Origin: Mycolicibacterium smegmatis | GTDB taxonomy: Bacteria; Actinomycetota; Actinomycetes; Mycobacteriales; Mycobacteriaceae | Direction: 5' to 3' | Assembly (NCBI RefSeq): GCF_001457595.1 | Contig: NZ_LN831039.1 | Location: forward strand, 5,070,001-5,102,000 | DNA length: 32,000 bases | In this document: piece after piece, positions 22,637-30,782 of the stretch | Layout of the letters: each line of letters starts with the position of its first letter | How positions within the stretch are numbered: the stretch's first letter is position 1 | Made by a program: the position numbers and the translations under genes | Notes under the pieces: generated by a model | What the model was told of the DNA's origin: nothing | Seen by the model: the letters and a program-made list of their open reading frames with translations, nothing else | Databases searched by the model: none

Positions 22637-24486
22637 CTACGGGTCTCCAGCATCTCGATCACCATATCGGCCAACTCGTCGAGCGAATGCTCGGGCGTGA
22701 GCCGCAGATCGGGATGCTTGGGCCGCTGGTACGGGCTGTCGATACCGGTGAAATGCGTGATCTCACCGGCGCGGGCCTTGGCGTACAGGCCCTTGGGATC
22801 GCGTGCCTCGCAATCGGCCAGCGGCGTGTCGCAGAAGACCTCGAAGAACTCGACACCGCTCTCGGTGGACACCCGCCGCGCCAGTTCGCGGTGCTCCTCG
22901 AGCGGGCTGATGGCAGGCACCAGCACGATCTGCCCGGAATCGGCGAGCAGCGACGCGACGTGCGCCAGGCGGCGCAGGTTCTCGGCGCGGTCGGCCATCG
23001 AGAAGCCCAGATCGGCGTTGAGGCCGTGGCGCAGGTTGTCGCCGTCCAGCACGTACGCCGGGACACCCTTGCCCAGCAGCTTCTGCTCGACGAGCATCGC
23101 GACCGACGACTTGCCCGAACCCGAAAGGCCGGTGAACCACACGGTGCGCCCGCGGGTCAGCCGGTCCTCGGCGGTGATCAGGTTCTCGTGGCGCACGGTG
23201 TTGGGGCTCGCGGATTCGTTGCGGGCGTCGCGCAGCACCATGCCCGCACCCACGGTGCCGTTGGTGTGCGGATCTATCAGGATGAACGAGCCCGTCGCGG
23301 GGTTGCGGCTGTACTCGTCGAGCAGCAGCGGCGTGCGCGTGCGCAGTGAGATCCGGCCCAGCTCGTTGAGTTTGAGCGCGGTCGCGGACTTGTCGCGGTG
23401 CAGCGTGTTGACGTCGAGGCGGTAGTCCAGATCGACCACCTTGGCGCGCGTGGTGCGCGTGGTGTGCTTGATCAGGTACTCGCGGCCCGGTTCGAGCGAT
23501 GCGTCGTCGGCCATCCAGCACACCGTGGCGTCGAAGTCCTGCGTGACGCGGGGCTGGTTGCCCGGCCGGGCGATCATGTCGCCGCGGCTGATGTCGATGT
23601 CGTCGGCCAGGCTGATCGACACCGCCATCGGCGGGAACGCCTCGTCGACCGGCCCACTGGGACCGGCGATCTCGGTGATGCGGCTGGACTTGCCGCTGGG
23701 CAGCACCACGATCTCGTCACCCGGGCGCATGACGCCGCTGGCGACGGTGCCCGCGTAGCTGCGGTGGTCGGCGTGGTCGAGCGTCTGGGGCCGGATCACG
23801 TACTGCACGGGGAACCGCACGTCGACCAGGTTGCGGTCACCGGCGATGTAGACGTCTTCGAGGTGGGCCAGCAGGGCCGGGCCCTCGTACCACGGGGTCT
23901 TGTCACTCTTGGTGACGACGTTGTCGCCCTGCAGCGCCGACAGCGGGATGGCGGTGACGTCGTGGACGTCCAAACGCGCTGCGAATGTGTGGAATTCGTC
24001 GCGGATCGCCTCGAAGCGCTCCTGGTCCCAGCCGATGAGGTCCATCTTGTTGACGGCCAGCACGATGTGCCGGATGCCCAGCAGCGACGCCAGGAACGCG
24101 TGCCTGCGCGACTGTTCGAGCAGGCCGTTGCGGGCGTCGACCAGTACGATCGCCAGCTGTGCGGTGGACGTGCCGGTGACCATGTTGCGGGTGTACTGGA
24201 TGTGGCCCGGGGTGTCGGCGATGATGAATTTCCGCTTGGCCGTGGCGAAGTAGCGGTAGGCGACGTCGATCGTGATGCCCTGCTCGCGCTCGGCGCGCAG
24301 ACCGTCGGTGACCAGCGCCAGATCGGTGTAGTCGTGCCCGCGTTCCTTGGAGGTGCGCTCGACGGCCGCGAGCTGATCCTCCATGACGGCCTTCGAGTCG
24401 TACAGCAGCCGGCCGATCAGCGTGGACTTGCCGTCGTCGACCGAACCCGCCGTCGCAAGCCGCAGCAGAGTCGTGTTGGCGCTCAT
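22633..24486 (-). CDS. cysNC: Bifunctional sulfate adenylyltransferase subunit 1 / adenylylsulfate kinase
   Basis: 617 aa from MSANTTLLRLATAGSVDDGKSTLIGRLL (GTPase G1), with DTPGH and NKMD. The C-terminal APS kinase has the P-loop FTGLSGSGKSS. The start overlaps the cysD stop (TGATG). The 48 upstream track codons are rejected. Confidence 0.95.
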   Translation of the reverse strand: MSANTTLLRLATAGSVDDGKSTLIGRLLYDSKAVMEDQLAAVERTSKERGHDYTDLALVTDGLRAEREQGITIDVAYRYFATAKRKFIIADTPGHIQYTRNMVTGTSTAQLAIVLVDARNGLLEQSRRHAFLASLLGIRHIVLAVNKMDLIGWDQERFEAIRDEFHTFAARLDVHDVTAIPLSALQGDNVVTKSDKTPWYEGPALLAHLEDVYIAGDRNLVDVRFPVQYVIRPQTLDHADHRSYAGTVASGVMRPGDEIVVLPSGKSSRITEIAGPSGPVDEAFPPMAVSISLADDIDISRGDMIARPGNQPRVTQDFDATVCWMADDASLEPGREYLIKHTTRTTRAKVVDLDYRLDVNTLHRDKSATALKLNELGRISLRTRTPLLLDEYSRNPATGSFILIDPHTNGTVGAGMVLRDARNESASPNTVRHENLITAEDRLTRGRTVWFTGLSGSGKSSVAMLVEQKLLGKGVPAYVLDGDNLRHGLNADLGFSMADRAENLRRLAHVASLLADSGQIVLVPAISPLEEHRELARRVSTESGVEFFEVFCDTPLADCEARDPKGLYAKARAGEITHFTGIDSPYQRPKHPDLRLTPEHSLDELADMVIEMLETRR

Positions 24487-25421
24487 CAGAAATACCCCTC
24501 GCGCTTGCGGTCTTCCATGCCGGCCTCGGAGATGCGGTCGTCGGCGCGGGTCGCGCCGCGCTCGGTCAGCCGCGACACCGCGGTCTCGGCGATGACCTGT
24601 TCGACGGTGGCCGCGGTGGACTCGACGCAACCCGTGCAGGTGACGTCACCGACGGTGCGGAACCGCACGGAGGTCTCGAAGACCTCTTCGCCGTCGCGGG
24701 GCTGCATGAACTCGTGGACGGCGAGCAGCATGCCGTCGCGTCCGAACACCTTGCGCTGGTGCGCGTAGTAGATGGAAGGGAGCGTGATGTCCTCGGCGCC
24801 GATGTAGGCCCAGATGTCGTACTCGGTCCAGTTGGACAGCGGGAACACGCGGATGTGCTCCCCCTTGCGGTGGCGGCCGTTGTAGATGTTCCACAGTTCG
24901 GGGCGCTGGGCCTTGGGGTCCCACTGGCCGAACTCGTCGCGGAAGCTGAACACGCGCTCCTTGGCGCGGGCCTTCTCCTCGTCGCGGCGCGCGCCGCCGA
25001 ACGCGGCGTCGAACTTGTTCTCACGGATGCCGCGCAGCAGCGTCACGGTCTGCAGCGGGTTGCGCGACGGGCCGTTGTCCACCACGCGTCCGGCGTCGAT
25101 GTCGTCCTGCACGCTGGCGACCACCAGACGCAGGCCGTGCTTCTCCACCAGCGCGTCGCGGGTGGCGATGACCTCTTCGAAGTTGTGGCCCGTGTCGACG
25201 TGCATGACCGGGAACGGCAGGCGACCGGGTGCGAACGCCTTGATCGCCAGGTGCAGCATCACGATCGAGTCCTTGCCGCCGGAGAACAGCAGCACGGGAC
25301 GCTCGAACTCGGCGGCCACCTCACGGATGATGTGGATGGCCTCGGCTTCCAGGGCCCGCAGGTGGCTCAGCTCGTACTGACCGGTGCGGGTCTGCGCTGG
25401 GGCGCTGTCGACTGCGGTCAT
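24486..25421 (-). CDS. cysD: Sulfate adenylyltransferase subunit 2
   Basis: 311 aa with the PP-loop LLFSGGKDS and strongly conserved CysD text (HVDTGHNFEEV, RVFPLSNWTEYDIW). Confidence 0.95.
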   Translation of the reverse strand: MTAVDSAPAQTRTGQYELSHLRALEAEAIHIIREVAAEFERPVLLFSGGKDSIVMLHLAIKAFAPGRLPFPVMHVDTGHNFEEVIATRDALVEKHGLRLVVASVQDDIDAGRVVDNGPSRNPLQTVTLLRGIRENKFDAAFGGARRDEEKARAKERVFSFRDEFGQWDPKAQRPELWNIYNGRHRKGEHIRVFPLSNWTEYDIWAYIGAEDITLPSIYYAHQRKVFGRDGMLLAVHEFMQPRDGEEVFETSVRFRTVGDVTCTGCVESTAATVEQVIAETAVSRLTERGATRADDRISEAGMEDRKREGYF

Positions 25422-25473
25422 CTACTTCCCCATTAAGTTGGTAGAACTGGCCAGGATTGTAAGCATGACGTGG

Positions 25474-25502
25474 AATGTAACGGCGGGTCTGACGACTGTC
25501 AA
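25474..25502 (-). promoter_or_regulatory. Candidate sigma-A-type promoter for cysD: TTGACA, 17 nt spacer, TACATT
   Basis: On the minus strand the -35 TTGACA is at 25502-25497 and the -10 TACATT at 25479-25474. Both lie in the AT-richer 102-bp gap upstream of cysD. GGGGAAG precedes the ATG. Confidence 0.3.
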
Positions 25503-25523
25503 TAATTCCGCTCACGCACCTGC

Positions 25524-26891
25524 TCAGCGGTGGCCGCTGACGTGGCTGCCCGCGCTCTTGGGCAGCCGCACGGTCTCCACGAGCGTCAGCGCCAGCACCG
25601 CGCCGAGCACCAGGAACGTCAGCGAATACGAGGTCAGCTGGCTCAGCAGCAGGGCCGCGAACGCGATGCCGAGACCTGAGGCGAGTTCCTGCACCGACGC
25701 GTTGAGCGTGTTGCCGTGCGTGAGGTCGTCGCCCTCTACATCGGAGAACGCCAGGCTGTTGTAGGCCGTGAAACCGATCGAGCGCAGCGCGCCGCTGATA
25801 TAGAGGATGACGGCCATGAGCACGACGGGCAGGCCGGGCCGCAGCACCGCCAGCAGGCCGAAACAGGCCACCGACGCCGCGCCGTTGACCAACAGCACGG
25901 TCCGGATGCCGAAGCGGCGCATGAGCGGCGTGGTGATGGGTTTGATGGTGAGGTTGCCCGCGAACAGCGCGGCCACCATCGCGCCTGCGGCCAGGGGCGT
26001 CCACCCGAACTGCAACTGGAACTGCAGGGGCAGCAGGAACGGCACCGCGGTGATCACCATGCGGTACAGCGAGCCCGCCGACACCGTGATGCGCAACGTC
26101 TGCACCCGTAGGACGCGCAGTTGCACCAGCGGGTTCGGCACCGTCAGCAACCGGCGCAGCGCGACGGCCAGGAGCAGCACCGCGGCCACCCCGAAGCTGC
26201 CGACCAGAGACCAGTGCGTGCCGGAGACCCGGATGTTCTCCAGGGCGAGCAGCGTCGCGGCGATGCCTGAGCCCAGCGTCAGCAAACCGAACCAGTCCAG
26301 CGAGCGCGGCCGTGCGGGCGCGTCGCCGTGGATGAGCCTGAGCGCGAACAGAATTCCGATCAGCCCGATCGGAACGTTCACCGCGAAGATCCACCGCCAG
26401 TCACCCAGCGTCGCGATCGCCCCGCCGAGCACGGGCGCCACCACGGGCGCCGCGAGCGCGGGCCACGTCAGCAACGCGATGGCCCGCACCAGATCGGCCT
26501 TGTCGCTCGAGCGCAGCACCGCCAGCCGCCCGACGGGGACCATCATCGCGCCGCCGACACCCTGCGCGACACGCATCGCGACGAGCATGGGCAGCGACAC
26601 ACTCAGCGCACACCCCACCGAGGCCAGCGTGAACACCGCGATCGCGCTGATGAACACGCGGCGCACGCCGAACCGGTCGGCCATCCAGCCGGTGGCGGGG
26701 ATCAGCACGGCCACGGTGACCAGGTAGGCCGATATCGCGACGTTGACGTCGACGGCCGCGACGCCGAACGACTCCGCGATCAGCGGGATCGCGGGCGCGA
26801 GGATCGTCGCGTCGAGGATCTCCATGAACAGCGCCCCGGCCACCAGCAGGGCCGTGCCGCGCGGGAACGACGGCTGCTGACGAGTGGGCAC
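25524..26891 (-). CDS. MFS transporter (DHA2/EmrB-like drug:H+ antiporter type)
   Basis: 455 aa and highly hydrophobic. The MFS signature region reads GWMADRFGVRRVF, with ILDATILAPAIP near the N-terminus, typical of 14-TMS DHA2 members. Confidence 0.9.
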   Translation of the reverse strand: MPTRQQPSFPRGTALLVAGALFMEILDATILAPAIPLIAESFGVAAVDVNVAISAYLVTVAVLIPATGWMADRFGVRRVFISAIAVFTLASVGCALSVSLPMLVAMRVAQGVGGAMMVPVGRLAVLRSSDKADLVRAIALLTWPALAAPVVAPVLGGAIATLGDWRWIFAVNVPIGLIGILFALRLIHGDAPARPRSLDWFGLLTLGSGIAATLLALENIRVSGTHWSLVGSFGVAAVLLLAVALRRLLTVPNPLVQLRVLRVQTLRITVSAGSLYRMVITAVPFLLPLQFQLQFGWTPLAAGAMVAALFAGNLTIKPITTPLMRRFGIRTVLLVNGAASVACFGLLAVLRPGLPVVLMAVILYISGALRSIGFTAYNSLAFSDVEGDDLTHGNTLNASVQELASGLGIAFAALLLSQLTSYSLTFLVLGAVLALTLVETVRLPKSAGSHVSGHR

Positions 26892-26910
26892 CCGTGAAAT
26901 GTAGCCGCGT

Positions 26911-27927
26911 CTAACTGTCGAGGACGAACTCGATGCGCCGCGCGCACACGTCGGCGAGATCGACGCCGGGGATGTCGAATCTGCGGTTGAGCCGCACGAG
27001 CGCGACCGCCAGCAACAGCGGGGCGCTCACGTCGCCGAACGCGAGGTTGCCGACGCTTCTGCCCACCGCGCGCTCGTAGCGGGCGATGGTCTGCTCGCGG
27101 CTCGGTGTGCCCGGCGCGGGCGCGTTGCCGGGCAGCGGGCTGCTGATCCAGTCGGTCATGAACAGCCAGCTGAGGTCGGCGGCCTGATCGCCCAGATAGG
27201 CGATCTCCCAGTCGAGCGCGGCCACGGGCGTCAGGTCGGGCCGGTACAGGACGTTGGACATCCGGCTGTCGCCCCAGCACAGCCCCACGTGTTCGGGCTC
27301 GTAGAGATGGGCCCGCAGCCAGTGCAGCGCGCGCGTGAACGTGGGGTGGACCGGATTGTCGCCGTAGGCCCAGCCGATCGCGTGGCGCAGGAAGTCGACG
27401 AGCGCGCCCGGCGTGGACGCGCCCAAAAAGCCCAGGCGGTACTGCTGCGGGTCGAGCCGGTGCACCGCGGCGATCATGTCGACGCAGCCGTTCCACAGCG
27501 CGGCGCGGCCCGCGTCGTCGGTCTCGGCGAACAGGCCGTGCTGGTGATAGGGCGGGACGTCGCTGACGCCGACGACGTGGTCGATGCGGTCCATCACCAG
27601 GTACGGCGTGCCCAGATCGCTTCCGTCGGCGTCGATCCAGCGCACGCCCGGCACGGGCACGGGTGACAGCGCGAGCCGTTGCATCACCAGGTACTGCCTG
27701 CGCAGGTCGTAGCCGGGCAGGATCTGGTACTCCGGCGGCCGGCGGAACACCAGCCCCAGCGTGTCGCAGGCGTCGAGGCCCTCGACGTCGAACAGGTATG
27801 TCTCGGTGGAGAACCCGGCCGTACTGGCCGACCAGTTCGCGACGCGCGCGTTCTCCGCACCCGGGAGGCGTTTGCGGACAACGGCTTCCACGGCGCCCGG
27901 CAGTTCGTCTGCGGCGATCCTCACCAT
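26911..27927 (-). CDS. Aminoglycoside-phosphotransferase-like (APH/kinase-fold) family protein
   Basis: 338 aa from MVRIAADELPGAVEAVV. The catalytic-loop-like motif is CWGDSRMSNVLY followed by ALDWEIAYLGD. The start overlaps the upstream stop (ATGGTGA). The upstream 63 track codons are rejected. Confidence 0.8.
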   Translation of the reverse strand: MVRIAADELPGAVEAVVRKRLPGAENARVANWSASTAGFSTETYLFDVEGLDACDTLGLVFRRPPEYQILPGYDLRRQYLVMQRLALSPVPVPGVRWIDADGSDLGTPYLVMDRIDHVVGVSDVPPYHQHGLFAETDDAGRAALWNGCVDMIAAVHRLDPQQYRLGFLGASTPGALVDFLRHAIGWAYGDNPVHPTFTRALHWLRAHLYEPEHVGLCWGDSRMSNVLYRPDLTPVAALDWEIAYLGDQAADLSWLFMTDWISSPLPGNAPAPGTPSREQTIARYERAVGRSVGNLAFGDVSAPLLLAVALVRLNRRFDIPGVDLADVCARRIEFVLDS

Positions 27928-29048
27928 CCGGTGTATCCGTATCGCGGGTAGGCGCCGACGAACACCATCTCGACCAGGCCGTGGCCGATCTTGGGCCCGG
28001 AACCGCTGTCCATGCTCACCTCGCACAGCGTCTCGGACAGGAAGCTGACGGGTTTGACGACGTCGATGTCGCCGATGTCGGCGGTGAACCCGTCGATGAA
28101 ATCCCTTCCGCGCCAATGCCCTGACGCGTAGCCGTCGACCTCCATGTAGCCCGCGAGGCCGGGCCAGAAGTCGGTCATGGGGCGGACCTCGATGGTGCTG
28201 GTGGTGCGGTCACCGCGGTGCACGGTGAACGTGCCGCCGCTGATCACGCGCAGGTCGTCGCGGAACTTCAGATCGTGCTCGACGTCGATGATCGTTCCCG
28301 CGGGGCGGCCGGTTTCGATGGGGTACAGCACCTCACCCTCGAACTGCCACCGCTCCCCCGTGCTGGTCTCGCGCTGTGCGAAATGCACCAGCTCGTCGTC
28401 GAACTGGAAGATGCCCATGTAATAGAGCGTGCCGTCGGGAATCTCCTGCGGTTGCAGGTGCGCACCCTCGGACAGGCTACCGCCGCCAGGGCCGTTGCGG
28501 ATACCCCACGAATGGTCCCTGCCGAACCACCAACTCCCCGGGTCGATCTCGATGCGTTCGCCGTCGATCTCGATCCAGCCCTCCACCTGACCGTTCTGGT
28601 AGAAGCGGCGGGCATCCTCGCTGACGCGGCCGCGGCTGCGGTGGAACGCCGGGGTCTGTTCGTAGGTGGGGAACTGTCCGCGCAGCCTCAGATCGAGGCT
28701 CACGCCCTGCTCGTTGGGCGCGAGTACGGCCCGCACGGTGCGCAAGGGTTCCTCGATGGTGTAGGTGTACGGCCCCACCGAATACGACCCGAGCGGGCCG
28801 GTTTCGGGGTTGAGTTCGGTGGACATGCGCACGACGCGGGCTGTCGCGTCGCGGCGTGTGATCATCGCGTAGGCGTCGGTCACGTTGCGGTTGGGGTAGC
28901 GCGCGAGGCCCGTCATCACATTGATGTCGCCCGAGCGGTCGAATCCGTACATCACGATGCGCTCGGTCCACCGCAGATCTGACTGGTCGACGTGGTCGAA
29001 CGTCGTCGGCAACTGATGGCAGAGCAGTTCGTCGTGCGGGGTGAGCAT
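27921..29048 (-). CDS. Conserved hypothetical protein, 375 aa (no family recognised)
   Basis: Long ORF with core-like GC. It is the first gene of an operon with the kinase-like gene and is divergent from a TetR gene. The sequence starts MLTPHDELLCHQLPTTFDHV and is apparently soluble. Confidence 0.75.
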   Translation of the reverse strand: MLTPHDELLCHQLPTTFDHVDQSDLRWTERIVMYGFDRSGDINVMTGLARYPNRNVTDAYAMITRRDATARVVRMSTELNPETGPLGSYSVGPYTYTIEEPLRTVRAVLAPNEQGVSLDLRLRGQFPTYEQTPAFHRSRGRVSEDARRFYQNGQVEGWIEIDGERIEIDPGSWWFGRDHSWGIRNGPGGGSLSEGAHLQPQEIPDGTLYYMGIFQFDDELVHFAQRETSTGERWQFEGEVLYPIETGRPAGTIIDVEHDLKFRDDLRVISGGTFTVHRGDRTTSTIEVRPMTDFWPGLAGYMEVDGYASGHWRGRDFIDGFTADIGDIDVVKPVSFLSETLCEVSMDSGSGPKIGHGLVEMVFVGAYPRYGYTGW

Positions 29049-29060
29049 GCGCCGGTCCTT

Positions 29061-29083
29061 CCCCAGGTACTTACGTTATGGGC
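29061..29083. promoter_or_regulatory. Candidate TetR operator: TTACGTTA-tgggccg-TAACGTAA (perfect 8-bp inverted repeat)
   Basis: Lies in the 78-bp divergent intergenic region between 29048 (minus gene start) and 29127 (TetR start). Confidence 0.45.
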
Positions 29084-29126
29084 CGTAACGTAACAGGAAG
29101 CCCGCACAGCCGGTAGCGTTTTCGCA

Positions 29127-29690
29127 ATGACCGGTGCCCTGGGGCGGCCCCGCGATCCGTCCAAGGACGTCGCGGTGCTCACCGCGGTGCGTGAACTGCT
29201 GGTCGAAGAGGGCTATCAGGGCACCACCGTGCTGGCGGTCGCGCGTCGCGCCGGCGTCGGCGCGCCCACGATCTACCGGCGCTGGCCCACCAAGGAGGCC
29301 CTTGTCGAGGACGCGGCATTCGGGCATCCCAGCCCCGTGCCGATGCCCGCGCCCACCGGCGACCTGCGCGCCGACCTGCGGGAGTGGGTCGCGATGTTCC
29401 TCGACTGGCTCGCACAACCGGTCACGCGTGCCGCGCTGCCGGGCCTGATCACGGCCTACCACCACGACGAGACGCTCTACGAGCGGCTTGTGCTGCGGTC
29501 GGAGACCGACGTGCGCGCGGCGATGGTCGACCTGCTCGACGGGGACCGCAGGCGCACCGACGCGGTGTTCGACTTCCTGGTCGCCACCACGGTGGTCCGT
29601 GCCATGACCCGGGGTCTCACCGACCGCGACGCGTTCTGCGACCGCACGGCCGATGCGCTGTTCGCGCTGGCGCGGTCGGATCACCTCTGA
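29127..29690 (+). CDS. TetR-family transcriptional regulator
   Basis: N-terminal HTH: VLTAVRELLVEEGYQGTTVLAVARRAGVGAPTIYRRWPTKEALV. Confidence 0.88.
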   Translation: MTGALGRPRDPSKDVAVLTAVRELLVEEGYQGTTVLAVARRAGVGAPTIYRRWPTKEALVEDAAFGHPSPVPMPAPTGDLRADLREWVAMFLDWLAQPVTRAALPGLITAYHHDETLYERLVLRSETDVRAAMVDLLDGDRRRTDAVFDFLVATTVVRAMTRGLTDRDAFCDRTADALFALARSDHL

Positions 29691-29741
29691 TTACCTGCGA
29701 GGTAATTGAACCGGTCTTCCGGGGTGCGCAGACTCCTCGAC

Positions 29742-30158
29742 ATGACTCGTTCGATGACCGGTTCCGACGTGATGGCCCAGTTCCTGCCCACCTCACCGTT
29801 GGTGGCCAAGCTGGGCATCGTGGCCGAGAACCTCGCGGATGGCCAAGTGCGCCTGCGGATGCCGTGGGACCCGTCCAACGCCACCATCGCGGACATGGTG
29901 CACGGTGGCGCGATAGCCACGCTGGCCGACGTCACCGTCATGGCCACGGCCTGGGCCGGCGCCGAGGTCCCCGGCGAACTGCGCGGCGTGACCGTGTCGA
30001 TGTCACTGCAGTACCTGGCGCCGGCCCGCGCGACCGATCTCATCGGCGTGGGACACGTGCTGCGCCGCGGACATTCGCTGGTGCACTGCGACGTCGACGT
30101 CCTCACCCCCGACGACACACCCGTGGCGAAGGCCGTCGCGACCTACAAGCTCGGGTGA
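29742..30158 (+). CDS. PaaI-family (hotdog-fold) thioesterase
   Basis: VRLRMPWDPSNATIADMVHGGAIATLADVT and ...LVHCDVDV... show the typical PaaI pattern. The start is uncertain: TTG 29706, ATG 29742 and ATG 29754 are all possible and none has a clear SD. Confidence 0.8.
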   Translation: MTRSMTGSDVMAQFLPTSPLVAKLGIVAENLADGQVRLRMPWDPSNATIADMVHGGAIATLADVTVMATAWAGAEVPGELRGVTVSMSLQYLAPARATDLIGVGHVLRRGHSLVHCDVDVLTPDDTPVAKAVATYKLG

Positions 30159-30163
30159 TCACT

Positions 30164-30223
30164 CGCGAATGTGAAACGTCAGCGAGAAAACTGCCCAAAA
30201 ATCGCTGAGGATTCACACTCGCG
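30164..30223. terminator. Composite 60-nt hairpin between convergent genes (candidate bidirectional terminator)
   Basis: The outer stem CGCGAATGTGAA / TTCACACTCGCG pairs at 11 of 12 positions. The inner stem TCAGCGA / TCGCTGA pairs at 7 of 7 positions, with a 16-nt loop. Confidence 0.4.
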
Positions 30224-30246
30224 GAGGAGATTTCGGCCCAGCGAGC

Positions 30247-30738
30247 TCAGAGCGTGACCTCGGCGAGCTTGCCCGTCGCGACGTCGAAGATGAAGCCGCG
30301 CAGGGATTCGTGCTTGGTGACGAACGGGCTGGCCTCGATGCGGCGCAGCGACTGCCGGACATCCTCTTCGAGGTCGGTGAACGACTCGGCGGCCCACTCG
30401 GGTTTGATGCCGGTCTCGTCCTGGATACTGCGCTTGAACTCGTCGTCGGTGAACGTCAGCATGCCGCAGTCGGTGTGGTGGATGAGGATGATCTCCTTGG
30501 TGCCCAGCAGGCGCTGGCTGATGGCCAGGGACCGGATCTCGTCGTCGGTGATCACGCCGCCCGCGTTGCGGATCACGTGGGCCTCACCGTCGCCGAGGCC
30601 CAGGATGCGGTAGACGTCGAGCCGGGCGTCCATGCAGGCCACCACCGCCACGTGCTTGCTGGGCGGCAGCGGAAGTGGCCCGCTGAACGTCTTCGCGTAT
30701 TCCTCGTTGTTCGCCAGGTACTGATCAGTGACAGACAT
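30247..30738 (-). CDS. canA: Beta-class carbonic anhydrase
   Basis: 163 aa from MSVTDQYLANNEEYAKTF. The zinc-ligand context is VVACMDARLD and IHHTDCGM. Both the length and the N-terminus match the Rv1284 type. The upstream 16 track codons are rejected. Confidence 0.92.
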   Translation of the reverse strand: MSVTDQYLANNEEYAKTFSGPLPLPPSKHVAVVACMDARLDVYRILGLGDGEAHVIRNAGGVITDDEIRSLAISQRLLGTKEIILIHHTDCGMLTFTDDEFKRSIQDETGIKPEWAAESFTDLEEDVRQSLRRIEASPFVTKHESLRGFIFDVATGKLAEVTL

Positions 30739-30782
30739 GTGCGGCAGGCTAGGCCATACTCCGTTTTCGTCACGCATCTGGA

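Noticed and set aside
22328-24768. ORFs 22328-23425, 22687-23349, 22763-23521 and 23398-24768, and the 48-codon extension of cysNC to 24630
   Set aside because: All overlap cysNC or cysD, whose frames carry unmistakable GTPase, APS kinase and PP-loop motifs. The alternatives are low-complexity.
25321-27496. ORFs 25321-26394, 25807-26727, 26328-26897 and 26780-27496
   Set aside because: These are shadow frames over the MFS transporter and kinase-like genes, with Arg/Pro/Gly/His-rich products.
28218-29684. ORFs 28218-28982 (plus), 28477-28971 (minus) and 29076-29684 (minus)
   Set aside because: These are antisense or shifted frames over the 375-aa gene and the TetR gene. The TetR frame has a clear HTH.
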